A stretch of DNA of 63,608 nt, filler included, from Octopus bimaculoides (GCF_001194135.2; 3 parts of 3 records of this genome joined end to end with filler, not necessarily neighbours in it); one strand, 5' to 3'. Positions 26,578 through 41,190 are shown, numbered from the whole stretch's first letter. The notes: a model not told the origin generated them from the sequence alone. A program made the numbers and translations.

Positions 26578-27115
26578 TATATATACGCATATATATACAT
26601 ATGTATATATAAATATTTATATTTATATTCTTTTATTCTTTTACTTGTTTCAGTCATATGACTGCAGCCATGCTGGAGCACNNNNNNNNNNNNNNNNNNN
26701 NNNNNNNNNNNNNNNNNNNNNNNNNNNNNNNNNNNNNNNNNNNNNNNNNNNNNNNNNNNNNNNNNNNNNNNNNNNNNNNNNACACACTCATGCACGCGCA
26801 CACACACACACACTCATGCACGCGCGAACACACGCACACACACGCATACACATACGCTCATACACTCACACACGTGAACACACTTGTCTGTCACTCTTGT
26901 GAAAACATTAAACTCCAATCGCATAATGCCTGCACCAAGTGTATACAATATTCAACATACAATAGACAATACACAACGTACAATATTGCATGTACAATAC
27001 ACGGGTACGGAATGATCCACATCAGCTTGCAACCCATAAGCTGTATCCGATCCGTGACAAGGAAAATGTAAATACATTAAACATTTATAACAGATTTACG
27101 GTATAACGTACCATC

Positions 27116-27165
<50 letters not shown>

Positions 27166-27166
<1 letters not shown>

Positions 27167-28290
27167 TTTTTTATTAACCTAAACGTCTCCAAAACAATGG
27201 GAACAAAGGAGACAGTACAACACAATAGTGGGAACGCATAAAAACATAAAAAGTAATAGTAAAACAACAGATAACGAAACATACTAACAAAGGTAATCCA
27301 CGACAGAGGGATCACCTATCTAGGGCCCGTCAAAGAACCCTACGTATTCTGACCACAGGATTTCCCTGACCACTAAAAGCACTAAGGTACCCTTTCTCAT
27401 CATTCATTTCTAGCCTATAGGCTTAAAATAAGACCATTCACTCGAGTAGTTTTAATTTTTCTCACTCATCTCTCAGCATATTTAATGAAAGGCAGCACTT
27501 TTTTTGCTTTCTCACTTTCCTCTCCCACTGAAACTCAAAAAGGTCGACGACGGCGTGATCATACAAGAAGTGTGACTTTAGTCCCTTCAGCCACCAGACA
27601 AAGTAAACCTGCCAGCTCTTCCTGGCTAAAGGACAGCGGCGAAAGCGATCTTCACAACGAATTCGGTTGATAGCCAGATCTGTCCTATACGTGACGACAA
27701 GCATTTGGTATTCCTCCACATGTCCGCAATATTCAGACACTGAATGAAGGTGAATAGAGAACGACTTCATTGCCCTGCACATATCTATGAAGAGACCAGC
27801 CGACAGTCCTTGTATGTTTACAATAATACTAGATTTCTATAGAATACTAACGTTTCACCAACAACATTGTCCAACTGATTGAAGGCTGTGAACACCTGAC
27901 AACGTTCCAGGTGCCAATCACCCAGGCTTATAGTTCACCTGATCCAAGGTCACATCTCCGTGAAAGAAACGAGCTGAAGAAAAATGGGTTTGACAAAGGC
28001 TGCTATATTTGCTCCTTCTATGAATTTTTGTAAATGAGGCGACTTCTGTAAGTGTTGGTGCATCATCAGCCACATATACTGTGCTCTTCTGATAAAGGGT
28101 GTTGACAGCAGGTGGATAGTCAGATCAATAGAAAACGTCTCTTCTACAAGATACGAAAGACCAGACGTTGCAATTTTGGTCAGAAGACAACTAAAGCAGC
28201 AATCGACGGCCAGGCGGTAATATTTGCCCTAGGTGATCTATTGTTCGTCATCTCTGTCTTTTTGCAGATGCAAAAGACGGTTATCGAAAC
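27166..28290 (-). mobile_element. Tx1/L1-clade LINE 3' portion with 3' UTR, AATAAA and (TTA)n tail
   Basis: Across frameshifts: YYRLAV...LQRLVFRIL...CCQHPL, FIQCLNIADMW...IWLSTEFVVKI, VWWLKGLK...FEFQWERKVR; homologous to 22152-22865. Confidence 0.75.
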
Positions 28291-29819
28291 AAGAAAGAAC
28301 AAGTCTGACATACAAAAATAGAGCTGTACCACCTTGCTCTTCTAAACGGCTCATTAATTCCTGACTCCTTGTTGAATTTAATCGATATTATCCTAATTTT
28401 CCTCTTTAGTATGCCCCATCACTTGTTATCGAAGAACATTTCCCTTTATTTCTCGCTTAAGTAGTTCATTAATCCGGCCCCTGAAATGTTTCCGGACGGA
28501 AAGGATGCGTTCATCTTCTACTAACGAGATCCCTGTCTATTTGTCTGTTCTTAGATGACTGTACAAGTCGCGAATTTTGGTTCATGAAGCCAACTATCGG
28601 TAAATATGAACAACTTACGGCAGTTTTATTTGCCACTCGAGCAAAACGTCTATCGAGATCTAAATGATTCGTTGTGATTAGACTAAAGTTTTTCATCAGA
28701 TAGAAGTTTAGTCGATGCAATCGTGAGATGTAAATTCAGTCGAGACATGCGCGCGCGCGCGTTGAAAGATGCATCATGCTCACAGCTGGAACGTCTTTGA
28801 TTGCGGATCTGTTGTTCGATCTGGACTGACTTGTGACTACAAACAACAATAAATCGACCGTGCTGATTGAAAAGTGCACTAAGCCTTAGGATCAACGAAG
28901 CAGTAAGGAACCGAACCGCCGACGCTTCGGTTTGATATCGGAGTCTACCCCTATGTGTAATCAACTATCACGAGTTCTCACTTCACCTTAACCAGCTTAA
29001 ATAATAGTGTAAATAACATCATATGAATAAATTATATCAAATTGATTAGCTACTGCTGGCTAATGGTTTTGGTGTTATTGTTGATAATGTTCGTGGTAGT
29101 GCTGGCGGTAGTGAAGCTGACGGCGACGCGGCGGCGGTAGTGGAGCCGGTGGGGGCTGCTGTGATGATGGTGGCGGTGGTGGCGGCGGTAGTGAAGCCGG
29201 CGGCAGGAGTGGTGATGGTGGTGGTAGTGGCGACGATAGTGTGGGCTGTTGTGGTAGTGGTGATGAGGTAGGGTCGATTTGCAGTGATAGAAAACATACG
29301 TGATAGTGGCTTCCGTGTTTAGCGTTACAATATTGTCGGCCTGTATTGGTAAAATGTGGTGCATGCGTGTGTGGCGGGGAGGTGTAGGGCAGTAGCGAAC
29401 GGTTCTGTTAATTCACAGTACTGGTGGTGATGGTTTTGGATATCATATCAAAGAAAGGTGACGATGGGGGCCGTTATAAGCCACAGTGTTGGTGGGGTAA
29501 GTAAGAGCCCATACCTGCCCCTTCGTTAGCAGATTAAATTTTCATAAGTGTGTCTGTTAAATAAAGCGACAGATTCAACAGATGAGTGAACAAAAGAAGA
29601 GGAAAGGATACACCACATGACAAGTAGTTAATAATCAGAGGAACGACCAACTACTGAATAAAAACAAACGCAAAATAGTCGATGTTCACAACACAAACAC
29701 ACACACAAACATTCATGTATTTGTTTGAATATATAAGTGTGCATGTGTATGTGTACATGTATGGTTATACAGATACACATACAAACACAAAATACGCTTC
29801 GATATATGTGTGTATGCGA

Positions 29820-29859
<40 letters not shown>

Positions 29860-30497
29860 TACATATGCATGTGCACTCATTCATACACACACACATATAT
29901 TTACATACACATACACAAAAATAGGTTGAGTATTTCTACGTGTAAATGTGTGCATGTGTGTGCGTGTTTGTGTGTATGTGTATATGTATATATATANNNN
30001 NNNNNNNNNNNNNNNNNNNNNNNNNNNNNNNNNNNNNNNNNNNNNNNNNNNNNNNNNNNNNNNNNNNNNNNNNNNNNNNNNNNNNNNNNNNNNNNNNNNN
30101 NNNNNNNNNNNNNNNNNNNNNNNNNNNNNNNNNNNNNNNNNNNNNNNNNNNNNNNNNNNNNNNNNNNNNNNNNNNNNNNNNNNNNNNNNNNNNNNNNNNN
30201 NNNNNNNNNNNNNNNNNNNNNNNNNNNNNNNNNNNNNNNNNNNNNNNNNNNNNNNNNNNNNNNNNNNNNNNNNNNNNNNNNNNNNNNNNNNNNNNNNNNN
30301 NNNNNNNNNNNNNNNNNNNNNNNNNNNNNNNNNNNNNNNNNNNNNNNNNNNNNNNNNNNNNNNNNNNNNNNNNNNNNNNNNNNNNNNNNNNNNNNNNNNN
30401 NNNNNNNNNNNNNNNNNNNNNNNNNNNNNNNNNNNNNNNNNNNNNNNNNNNNNNNNNNNNNNNNNNNNNNNNNNNNNNNNNNNNNNNNNNNNNNNNA

Positions 30498-30614
30498 ATT
30501 CAAAAGTCGCCATACATAAGAACAATTTACTTTTTATAAGAAACAGATTTTTTTTATCTAACTGTTTCTTATAAAAAATAAATTTTTCCTATATATATAT
30601 GGTGACTTTTGAAT
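30498..30614. mobile_element. Small palindromic MITE-like element
   Basis: ATTCAAAAGTCGCCATA...TTTTTATAAGAAACAG pairs with CTGTTTCTTATAAAAA...TATGGTGACTTTTGAAT. Confidence 0.55.
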
Positions 30615-30621
30615 CAGCATG

Positions 30622-30649
<28 letters not shown>

Positions 30650-30666
<17 letters not shown>

Positions 30667-31201
30667 AAAGCGAAATTCTGTCAGTCCGTCTAGGGGCCAT
30701 GTACTTCAGTTGACATTTGTTCTACATAGACATATTGTACATTTTGGGAATCAGAATGATCCCGGGATTGAAAAACTGCCGTTCATTTGGTTTTTGAACA
30801 TCCAGCATTGGGATCTGATTTAAAAGTATTTGAGTTGCTATTTCAAGCAAGTAAAGCCTGGCTGATTCGCAATCTTGGTTGGCGTTTGTCAGATGACATC
30901 AGAGATCGGGGGAGGGGGGTAAATGACATTCACTTCGTTAATTTTACGTCGAGATAAGAACTTTGGGACAAAATAGCCAGTAGTCGGAATTCAACATGGG
31001 ACTGGAACAATAGAATGATTGCCTTACAGAATGAATTCTCATCCGTCCTTAACCTCTGATCAAACACCACCGGGGCAGGTAGTCATTATAGATGTATTAT
31101 AGTCATGTTATTTAGCTCTCTTTTGTTTTGGGCTGCAGGCCCAATTAGCCCTCCGCAGGAGCTAGGTTAAATGTGCACACGGAGGGCTGCTTTTAAGCTA
31201 G
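30650..31201 (+). mobile_element. Non-autonomous Helitron
   Basis: 5' TATATAAAATAAAAGCGAAATTCTGTC; 3' CTAG|T (31198-31202) preceded by a GC-rich stem AGCCCTCCG/CGGAGGGCT (31147-31155/31180-31188); no TSD. Confidence 0.6.
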
Positions 31202-32003
31202 TATATGAATATAAATCAAATGACATATTCTGAAGTTTATTCAACAAAATTCATTTTTCACAATAACAATTAATACTACTAATGTTACTGATTGTACTTT
31301 GTAAAAACATCTTTTACCGGAGTTTTTGAGTTCGTTTCATGCAGTTTTGTACAGCTTCCTGATGGACCTCATATATACATAAGACATTAAGTTGAAATTT
31401 AAGGGAAATTTGGCTGCTATTTCAACCAAGTCTTGTTACCGCCGAGTTGTTCCCTCATTGGTTTATACATACATGTATGACAGCAGGGTATGGTTTGATG
31501 GAGTATAGCCTGTGTTGTCTATTGTATCTAGCTGAAATATAAAGGTTTCTCTCGTTGACCCATATATAAGAGCTGTGATTTGAAGGTTTGGCAGCTATTT
31601 CTACGAAGCCAAGATGACATGTAAAAACCTTTACACATACATGTACATAGATTAGACAATTGAATATGATTAAATGACAATTTGGCGATAAATAGTTAGA
31701 TAGACAAATAGGATAATTTCTGTCCGTGACAGTGTCTGCATAATGAAAAAAATGTTTCTCTCCATTGTTAACCTACTCTCTGGATGACGAACACATACAG
31801 CAGTGTGGCAAGTAGCAAATAATAATACTTTGCCATCATGATATCGAAGATACTTTAACGAACAACGCAGAAACACGGGTAGCCAGAAAATCACATTTGC
31901 CCCCCGTTTATATTACACCTCGAAGCTAGGAAACTATAGAAATAGCTTTTGTGTCGGCTTACATACTTACCAACAGTACATCTCTGGTACATGCGTATGT
32001 GCA

Positions 32004-32067
<64 letters not shown>

Positions 32068-32544
32068 TACACACATATACATGCACACACTTAAACGCTC
32101 ACATTAGGCTGCGTTTCTCTAATCTGTTTCTGTTATGCATGAAAGTATAAAAGCAAATCTAAAGGGAGTCATAATGTCCGTTCTGCCTGTTATTTGAAGT
32201 CATCAGTTCTAGATACTTCTAGATAGTCATTAGTATTTCCTTCCGTATATTATACGGTTGGATTTTCAATTGCACTTTTTATNNNNNNNNNNNNNNNNNN
32301 NNNNNNNNNNNNNNNNNNNNNNNNNNNNNNNNNNNNNNNNNNNNNNNNNNNNNNNNNNNNNNNNNNNNNNNNNNNNNNNNNNNNNNNNNNNNNNNNNNNN
32401 NNNNNNNNNNNNNNNNNNNNNNNNNNNNNNNNNNNNNNNNNNNNNNNNNNNNNNNNNNNNNNNNNNNNNNNNNNNNNNNNNNNNNNNNNNNNNNNNNNNN
32501 NNNNNNNNNNNNNNNNNNNNNNNNNNNNNNNNNNNNNNNNNNNN

Positions 32545-32578
<34 letters not shown>

Positions 32579-33322
32579 CCAACTCTGTGCAAGACATTGT
32601 AGATCTTTGGCTGGGCTAAAAAGTCACATTCGATCACAGCACCGTTAAGTTAAGCTTCGTGCAATGGCCATACTCGATAACGAGGGGGCAGCCATCATAT
32701 GTATACATACATACACACATACACACATACATATATACACATATACATATATATGTATATATTTACACATATACATAGATATGTATATTAATATATGTAT
32801 AGATAGGTAGATAGATTGATAGATGGATAGATAGATAGAAACTTTTAGATCAGTGCTCAGTTCATACATGTTTGGGACATAATTAATCTGTAAAAAAGCT
32901 GTTTTCTTGCAATGTCTTGGAGAAAATTCTCGCCTCAAGCAATAAGTGTCAAAACACCAAAAACCATTTGACGGTGCTCTCTGGTAGACGGATGAATGCA
33001 TTTCAAGCTATTTGGTTATCATCAGTATCGTGCACCATAAGAGAGACAACCCTGAAATGACTCGGGAAATCATGGTTTCCTTATGGAAAATTAGTATAAT
33101 TCATGAAATGATTCGTACGACGCTTGCTGGGCTACATAAAATATGTTGTAGGCACCTGAAAGAGTGTTGTGAATTAAACAAACATTTAAATCCGTTGAAA
33201 TATTACTGTGACGTATTTGAACTGTAAAAAAACCATGGAGAAAATTCTTGCTTTAGGCAATACGTGTCAAAACAGTCATTTCATAGCAAATTTCATCAAA
33301 ATTGCTTTTCCAAAATTAATAT

Positions 33323-33363
<41 letters not shown>

Positions 33364-33410
33364 CGCACGCACGCANNNNNNNNNNACACACACACACACG
33401 CACACACGCA

Positions 33411-33442
<32 letters not shown>

Positions 33443-33499
33443 TACACACACACATACAGAAACTATTCTGATGTATACATCAAAGGCATGTCAAAACAA

Positions 33500-33874
33500 C
33501 AGATACTTACACCTTTAAAAACAAGGAATATTGGTGGAACATCCCAATTAAAAAAGGCGATTTGGTGCTGATATAACAGACCTAATGTTGTTCTGTGGGT
33601 CGGAACAAAAGTCATGCACTTTTGGTCGGTTGCCCCGTGGATGTGAATGCACAATCAAAAGTCTAGGGAAAAGAGAACGTTCATGGCGAATTAATGAAGA
33701 ACTTACAACTCTAGTACCCTGACTATGACTTCTCATTTGTACCTACCAACAAATTTGCACAAAAACCTTGAGACATTTAGTTTCACGGAAAAAGAGCAAA
33801 AGGAACTGACGCGGATTCTCCAAATCCAATCTGTTAGTGGCTCAGTGAAGATTTGTAAGACATTTTCCATCTGA
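33500..33874 (+). mobile_element. R4-like (RLE) LINE C-terminal fragment, second subfamily
   Basis: NKEYWWNIPIK...GCPVDVN...KENVHGELMKNLQL*YPDY...ELTRILQIQSVSGSVKICKTF*; homologous to 46488-46880. Confidence 0.7.
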
Positions 33875-34053
33875 GATTCTTATGTGAATAGATGCTCACA
33901 CTTGGGTGTATGCATTGACAATTCAACCAACACACCAACTCAACCACATATTTACAAACACCAGGAACTCTCTTAACTCAAAAAGTCTTGACGCTTTGTT
34001 AGCGACCAGATTGAACTCTCCCAAGAAGAATTCAAATAAAGCTCAAAGAAAAA

Positions 34054-34122
<69 letters not shown>

Positions 34123-34891
34123 CACACACACACATATCATTCATTATTCATTCAAATCCACAGTACCAGACACACACGGCTCACGCAAATTCTGTTTTGA
34201 ATAATGTCATTCTAGTATATCCAAGTGTTATTAAGTACACTGTTTTACTTAATTGCAATATGTGTGTGTGTGTACGCGCGCTCTTGCACATCTATATATA
34301 CGTGTGTATATGTGTATACATGTATATATATGCATATGTATGAATATATGTATATTATGTATATGCGTTTGGGTATTCAAACAAGGTAAAAGGTATTCAA
34401 TGGCTGCAATAGAGTTTGTATATTAGTTTCAAGCTTATGATTCACTCCATCATCTCAGTGGGTGGTTGACTGGTCGGGAGGTTGATATTCTGAAGAGGAT
34501 CATTGATGCCCCTTTCTCCCTTTAACGAAACCTTACAAAGTTCCAGCAACTTCGAGAAAGAGGCTAAGGAGAAATAAATTGGGTTGAGGGTGGGAAGATT
34601 GATATACAGCGAACGATAGAAATGGATATAGCAATATGGCCGTGAAGAGTTTCAAAGTCGGAACGAGAGTGGGTAAGAAGGAATGAAAGAGAGAAAAACA
34701 AGGGAAGATAACCAGGAGATTGATAAGATACAGAGTAGAGAGCTAGCTACACGTCAATGCGCTAACAAGTTGAAAGGCCGATTTTGGTATATTGCCTTAC
34801 CAGACCCACTTAACATACGTCGCCGTTTGACCACTCTGTCTGTCGGTTTCTCTCTCTTTGCGTACATAGATAGAAAGATGTATGTATGTAT

Positions 34892-34927
<36 letters not shown>

Positions 34928-35220
34928 ATGTGTATGTGTTGCATCTACCTTCAGATAAAGGATCTCTTCATATAATTGTTAAAGGTTTCCATCTAAAATA
35001 CATAACATTTCCAATTCATTTTTCTTCCTATCTGAAGATGTCTTTTGCTCCTTGCTTCTTTCTCATAATTTCTTGTAGTTCCTGCAAATACATATAAACA
35101 TGTTCATACATACATACATACATACATACATACATACATACATACATACTATGTGTGTATGTGTGTGTGTGTGTGCGCATATATATGTACGTATGTATAT
35201 GTATTCGTGTGTGTGTGTGT

Positions 35221-35251
<31 letters not shown>

Positions 35252-35973
35252 CGTGCTTGCGTGGTTGTTTGCGTACGAATGTTTTATGATATATGCTCAT
35301 ACACATACAATTACAAGTAGATACAGATACCACTATCAGTTTTCCTTTATTACACGAATACAAATACATACACCTATGTGCGCGCACGCACATATATACA
35401 TGCATATATACATATTATTATGAACATACATATATACATATACATATATGTACATACATGGATATATACGGACATGCATGTGTGTGTATGCATGCATATA
35501 AACGTCTATGTANNNNNNNNNNNNNNNNNNNNNNNNNNNNNNNNNNNNNNNNNNNNNNNNNNNNNNNNNNNNNNNNNNNNNNNNNNNNNNNNNNNNNNNN
35601 NNNNNNNNNNNNNNNNNNNNNNNNNNNNNNNNNNNNNNNNNNNNNNNNNNNNNNNNNNNNNNNNNNNNNNNNNNNNNNNNNNNNNNNNNNNNNNNNNNNN
35701 NNNNNNNNNNNNNNNNNNNNNNNNNNNNNNNNNNNNNNNNNNNNNNNNNNNNNNNNNNNNNNNNNNNNNNNNNNNNNNNNNNNNNNNNNNNNNNNNNNNN
35801 NNNNNNNNNNNNNNNNNNNNNNNNNNNNNNNNNNNNNNNNNNNNNNNNNNNNNATATATATATATATATACATATACATACATACATATACATATGTGTG
35901 TATGAATGCGTGAGTGTGTGTATGTGTGCGTTTGTGTATATTTCTGAGTGTGCATAAAGGTCGATAGATAGAC

Positions 35974-36020
<47 letters not shown>

Positions 36021-36380
36021 CAGATAGATAGATAGATACTTAGGTGCTTGTAATTTCCATATTAGATTTACATGAGAAGGCTTGCAAGAAATATTTCGAA
36101 GAAACGTTAAAGACCTTTAGATGGAGTTTCCATCATCGATTTGCAACGAGGTGTGTGATTATAGCGTATATAACAGAAACCTGAAAAAATATTTAGATGG
36201 AAAGGTTTTTAAGACATATTATATACAGTATGTATATATTTTTCTTGTTAGTTTTTGTTTTGATGCTTGTGTAGTTTTTTTTTATTATATATATATATAT
36301 TTTTTGCCGAAATTACGTAGCGTAAAACATTTCAATTATATACAAACTACGCAGGCCAACGTATAAATATGCTTCAATAT

Positions 36381-36441
<61 letters not shown>

Positions 36442-37575
36442 ACGCATAGATGCATTCCTTCACATTCATACGCATATACATTATACACACACCTATTTAT
36501 ACATATGTATATATATGCGTGTGTGTGTGTGTGTGTGTGTGTATGTATATGTGTGCGCGCGCGTGTGTGTATGTATGTATATATATACATGCACGCTTCG
36601 ATACATATTTACAAAGATACACGCATAAACGCATGCATATTTGTATGAATATGAATATTTATGTACATATTGACGTTCATGTACAAAAATGCATGTATAA
36701 ATATATACATATACACATTCATACATACTTCAATATACATTCTTACATAATTGTGCGCACACCTCTATGTGTGTGCTTATATGTATGCATATGTGTGCAT
36801 ATGTATGTATGTGTGCATATGCATATATGTGCATATGTATGCATATGTATGCATATGTGTGTACGTGTCTATATACATACATATATATATNNNNNNNNNN
36901 NNNNNNNNNNNNNNNNNNNNNNNNNNNNNNNNNNNNNNNNNNNNNNNNNNNNNNNNNNNNNNNNNNNNNNNNNNNNNNNNNNNNNNNNNNNNNNNNNNNN
37001 NNNNNNNNNNNNNNNNNNNNNNNNNNNNNNNNNNNNNNNNNNNNNNNNNNNNNNNNNNNNNNNNNNNNNNNNNNNNNNNNNNNNNNNNNNNNNNNNNNNN
37101 NNNNNNNNNNNNNNNNNNNNNNNNNNNNNNNNNNNNNNNNNNNNNNNNNNNNNNNNNNNNNNNNNNNNNNNNNNNNNNNNNNNNNNNNNNNNNNNNNNNN
37201 NNNNNNNNNNNNNNNNNNNNNNNNNNNNNNNNNNNNNNNNNNNNNNNNNNNNNNNNNNNNNNNNNNNNNNNNNNNNNNNNNNNNNNNNNNNNNNNNNNNN
37301 NNNNNNNNNNNNNNNNNNNNNNNNNNNNNNNNNNNNNNNNNNNNNNNNNNNNNNNNNNNNNNNNNNNNNNNNNNNNNNNNNNNNNNNNNNNNNNNNNNNN
37401 NNNNNNNNNNNNNNNNNNNNNNNNNNNNNNNNNNNNNNNNNNNNNNNNNNNNNNNNNNNNNNNNNNNNNNNNNNNNNNNNNNNNNNNNNNNNNNNNNNNN
37501 NNNNNNNNNATGCACACCCATACAAAAAGGAAGATGAAAAGAGCGATAGGGAAAAAAGATATACATAAATTCATA

Positions 37576-37619
<44 letters not shown>

Positions 37620-37768
37620 AACAATATACGTATATACATACATACGCAAATACATACATAGATTGATATATACACACACATATGTATATACATACATTCA
37701 TATATACGCACACAATATGTACATACATGCATATATACATACATACAGACAGATAGACGGACAGACAG

Positions 37769-37982
37769 AATCCTTTCTACTATAGACACAAGCTCAAAAA
37801 TTATGTGAAACGGAGTTAGTCAATTACATTGACCTCAGTGATCAATTGATTCTTATTTTATCGACCCCGAAAGGATGACAGACAAAGTCGACCTCTGCGG
37901 AATTTGAACTCAGAAGGTAAAGTCAGAAAAATGCTGGAAAGGATTTTTGTCTGATGTGGAAACGATTCTGCCAACTCACCGC
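37769..37982 (-). mobile_element. SINE family B, near full length
   Basis: TTTATCGACCCCGAAAGGATGACAGACAAAGTCGACC...GAATTTGAACTCAGAA. Confidence 0.75.
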
Positions 37983-38594
37983 ATTTCGCATAAGTATATA
38001 ACGTAAGAGAATGTAAGAATGTTGTAGCTTACTATTCGCAGTTGCTTTGTAATTCAGAGTAAGAGACAGTTGGTAGTGATGGTAATGCTGTCGGCGGCGA
38101 TGATGTGCAATTCATGGTTATTTCCGGTATTATGTAATTCATACAAACATTTTTATAGATGTATTCAGTATGCAGCGGCATCCAAAACTCCAATGGTGTC
38201 AAAATTACATCCCACCTCAATAACAAACCTACATTTCTGGGATCAAACAAACGATTTTACCCAGCATTTTTAGAAAACCAGCCCCCAAACCGAACAAAAT
38301 AAGCCGGAACATAAAACAAATAACCCTAACTCTTTCATCTACCAACCCTTTCTTTCATCAGACACCGAAAATTCCGCGAGGAAATCTAAAATTTCAAATG
38401 TCCCAAAGCCTGACAAAATCAGCAACGTACATCTAAAATACCTAGGGCTTGGAGGGAATCGCTGCATTCATCACCCTCAAGCATTTCTAGTTCAAACCTT
38501 AACCAGAATCTGTGACAGCAAAACCCAAGAGAAGAAGCTTCATAACAAAAATACCACAATTCCTCATCAGCATTAAATAGATAGAAAACATATC

Positions 38595-39612
38595 TAGGCA
38601 TAGCCATAACTGTGGTTAAGAAGTCGCTTCGCAACCACGTTGTTCGGCTCAGACAGCTTTGGCATGTGTCTTCTACTACAGTGCTACTCAAAGTGGTGGT
38701 CCGCGGACCGGTGCCGGTCCCCGAGCCATCAGCTGCCGGTACGCGGTGAGTTTCCCGAAAAGAAAGAAACGTTATAAAATGCTTATGTAATATTGTATTA
38801 TTCGTTTACAAAATAAATATAAGATAAAAAAAAATGTCAACTTTTATTATATTCTGCTTAAGTCTCTCTGTGAGATTTAGAAATGGATCATTTCTAATTT
38901 TTGTAATCAGTGAATATGTTTCACTAGAAATATATATGTTTACAAGAGCTTGACAAGCATCTTCAGCCAGCTAGTCATGCTACTTCAGGCTGACGACGAG
39001 CAAAAACTCAGAAACATGTCCCTGAATGCAGGCAAGGCTGGGTGGAGGTGCTTGTCTCCCCCTTGTAAACATAAGGACACAGGAAATGTGTCAAGTCCGA
39101 CAGGAAGCGGTCCAGCTTCCTAGGGCTAAATAGCAGTAGTATGATTCCCTTATTGGGACTTTCACGTTAAGTTGACAGTATACAACTACATTATATATAT
39201 ATTGTTTCCGGTATAGATTGATATTACTAAGAAATATTACCGGTCCCTGGCACATTGGAAAAAAAAAAAACTGCCAATGCGCCAGACCAGATAGTTTGAG
39301 AAGCACTGTTCTAATATAGACTCGAATCAACCAACGTTTTGTAAATGAATTTGGTAAACGGAAACTATGTGAAAGCCCGTCCTATATATGAATATGTCTG
39401 TCTCTGTGTATGTTTATGAGTAAGCATGTATTTATTGTGTCATTGTGTCTGTGTTTATCCCACCACTTTGCAACCTGTGTCGGTTTCTTTACGTCCCCTC
39501 ATCCAGGCTTAAAAGCAAGTACCGGGGCCGATTTATTCGACTAAACCTGTCAAGGCGTTGTCCTAGCATTGCTGCAGTTCAAGGTTTGAACAAGTAAACG
39601 AATGAAAGAATA
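38595..39612 (+). mobile_element. SINE family A copy split by a hAT MITE
   Basis: Head to ...GTGTCTTCTACTA (38678); body resumes after 39308 and ends in the family A tail. Confidence 0.7.
38679..39308. mobile_element. hAT (Charlie/MER5-like) MITE, 630 bp
   Basis: TIRs CAGTGCTACTCAAA / TTTGAGAAGCACTG; 8-bp TSD TTCTACTA (38671-38678) and TTCTAATA (39309-39316). Confidence 0.85.
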
Positions 39613-39681
39613 CACATGAAATATCTCCATCAGTAACATTGGCTGAGGCATTTTAATTCTTTGATAAACGAAGGTTTTTCA

Positions 39682-40170
39682 CCCCCCTCTCTCCCGCTTC
39701 TCCCCCTCTCTCCCGCTTCTCCCCCTCTCTCCCGCTTCTCCCCCNNNNNNNNNNNNNNNNNNNNNNNNNNNNNNNNNNNNNNNNNNNNNNNNNNNNNNNN
39801 NNNNNNNNNNNNNNNNNNNNNNNNNNNNNNNNNNNNNNNNNNNNNNNNNNNNNNNNNNNNNNNNNNNNNNNNNNNNNNNNNNNNNNNNNNNNNNNNNNNN
39901 NNNNNNNNNNNNNNNNNNNNNNNNNNNNNNNNNNNNNNNNNNNNNNNNNNNNNNNNNNNNNNNNNNNNNNNNNNNNNNNNNNNNNNNNNNNNNNNNNNNN
40001 NNNNNNNNNNNNNNNNNNNNNNNNNNNNNNNNNNNNNNNNNNNNNNNNNNNNNNNNNNNNNNNNNNNNNNNNNNNNNNNNNNNNNNNNNNNNNNNNNNNN
40101 NNNNNNNNNNNNNCTCTCTCCCGCTTCTCCCCCTCTCTCCCGCTTCTCCCCCTCTCTCCCGCTTCTCCCC
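39682..40170. repeat. 19-bp pyrimidine minisatellite (CCCCTCTCTCCCGCTTCTC)n spanning a gap
   Basis: About three exact units on each side of the N-run. Confidence 0.85.
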
Positions 40171-40469
40171 CTCTCTCTCTCCTACTTCTCCCTTCTCTCC
40201 CTCTCTCTTTTTCTTTCTCTCTTTCTCTCCTTTTCTTTCTCTCTCTCTGTCTCTCGTCGAGAACAAGAGTTTCCTACAACAGCCACAGTTGACCAAGACA
40301 ACGAAGAACCGTGCTATATTTGTTCGACTTCGATTTATAACCACTCCTAGAAATGCTAATATTCACCAAAAGTGATAATGTACATATGGGTATATGTATG
40401 TACGTGTGCGTGTGTGTATGTGTGTGTGCGTGTGAATGAGTGTATCGACCAGACTGTCGGATGTTGTTA

Positions 40470-40680
40470 TACAACGTTGCTCCCAATGCGCTTCCTCACA
40501 TTGCTGTAGCTTTCGAATGATGCTACCCCGGTGGCTTGGCAGCAGGCAGGCCAACATAACCCCCTGAACGGAATGCCAATCCATCGAAAGGTTTCCGTTC
40601 ACAGCTGAGTGGAGCAATGGGAAATGAAGTGCTTTGCTCAAGAACACAATGCATCGCCGGCCCGGGAATCGAAAACAAGA
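40470..40680 (-). mobile_element. SINE family D-related fragment
   Basis: CAGCTGAGTGGAGCAATGGGAAATGAAGTGCTTTGCTCAAGAACACAA matches 6420-6470. Confidence 0.5.
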
Positions 40681-40924
40681 TTTAGCAAAAGAGAACTATC
40701 TTTGCTCATCAGGAATGTGGTCATAATGCATTACAAATGATGGCGGAAGACTTTAGGTAGAATGCTCGTTGAGAAGACAACTTTAGCCGAATCAACTCCA
40801 ATTCCTTCGATATGATTCCAGATTGGATCCATTTACGTTTCTGTTTTTTTTTAATAAAGAGATGAATACCGACTCATTTCTTCCTCTCGTATAATGTAGG
40901 GATTTCCTTCATAATTCCAAGCAG

Positions 40925-41190
<266 letters not shown>

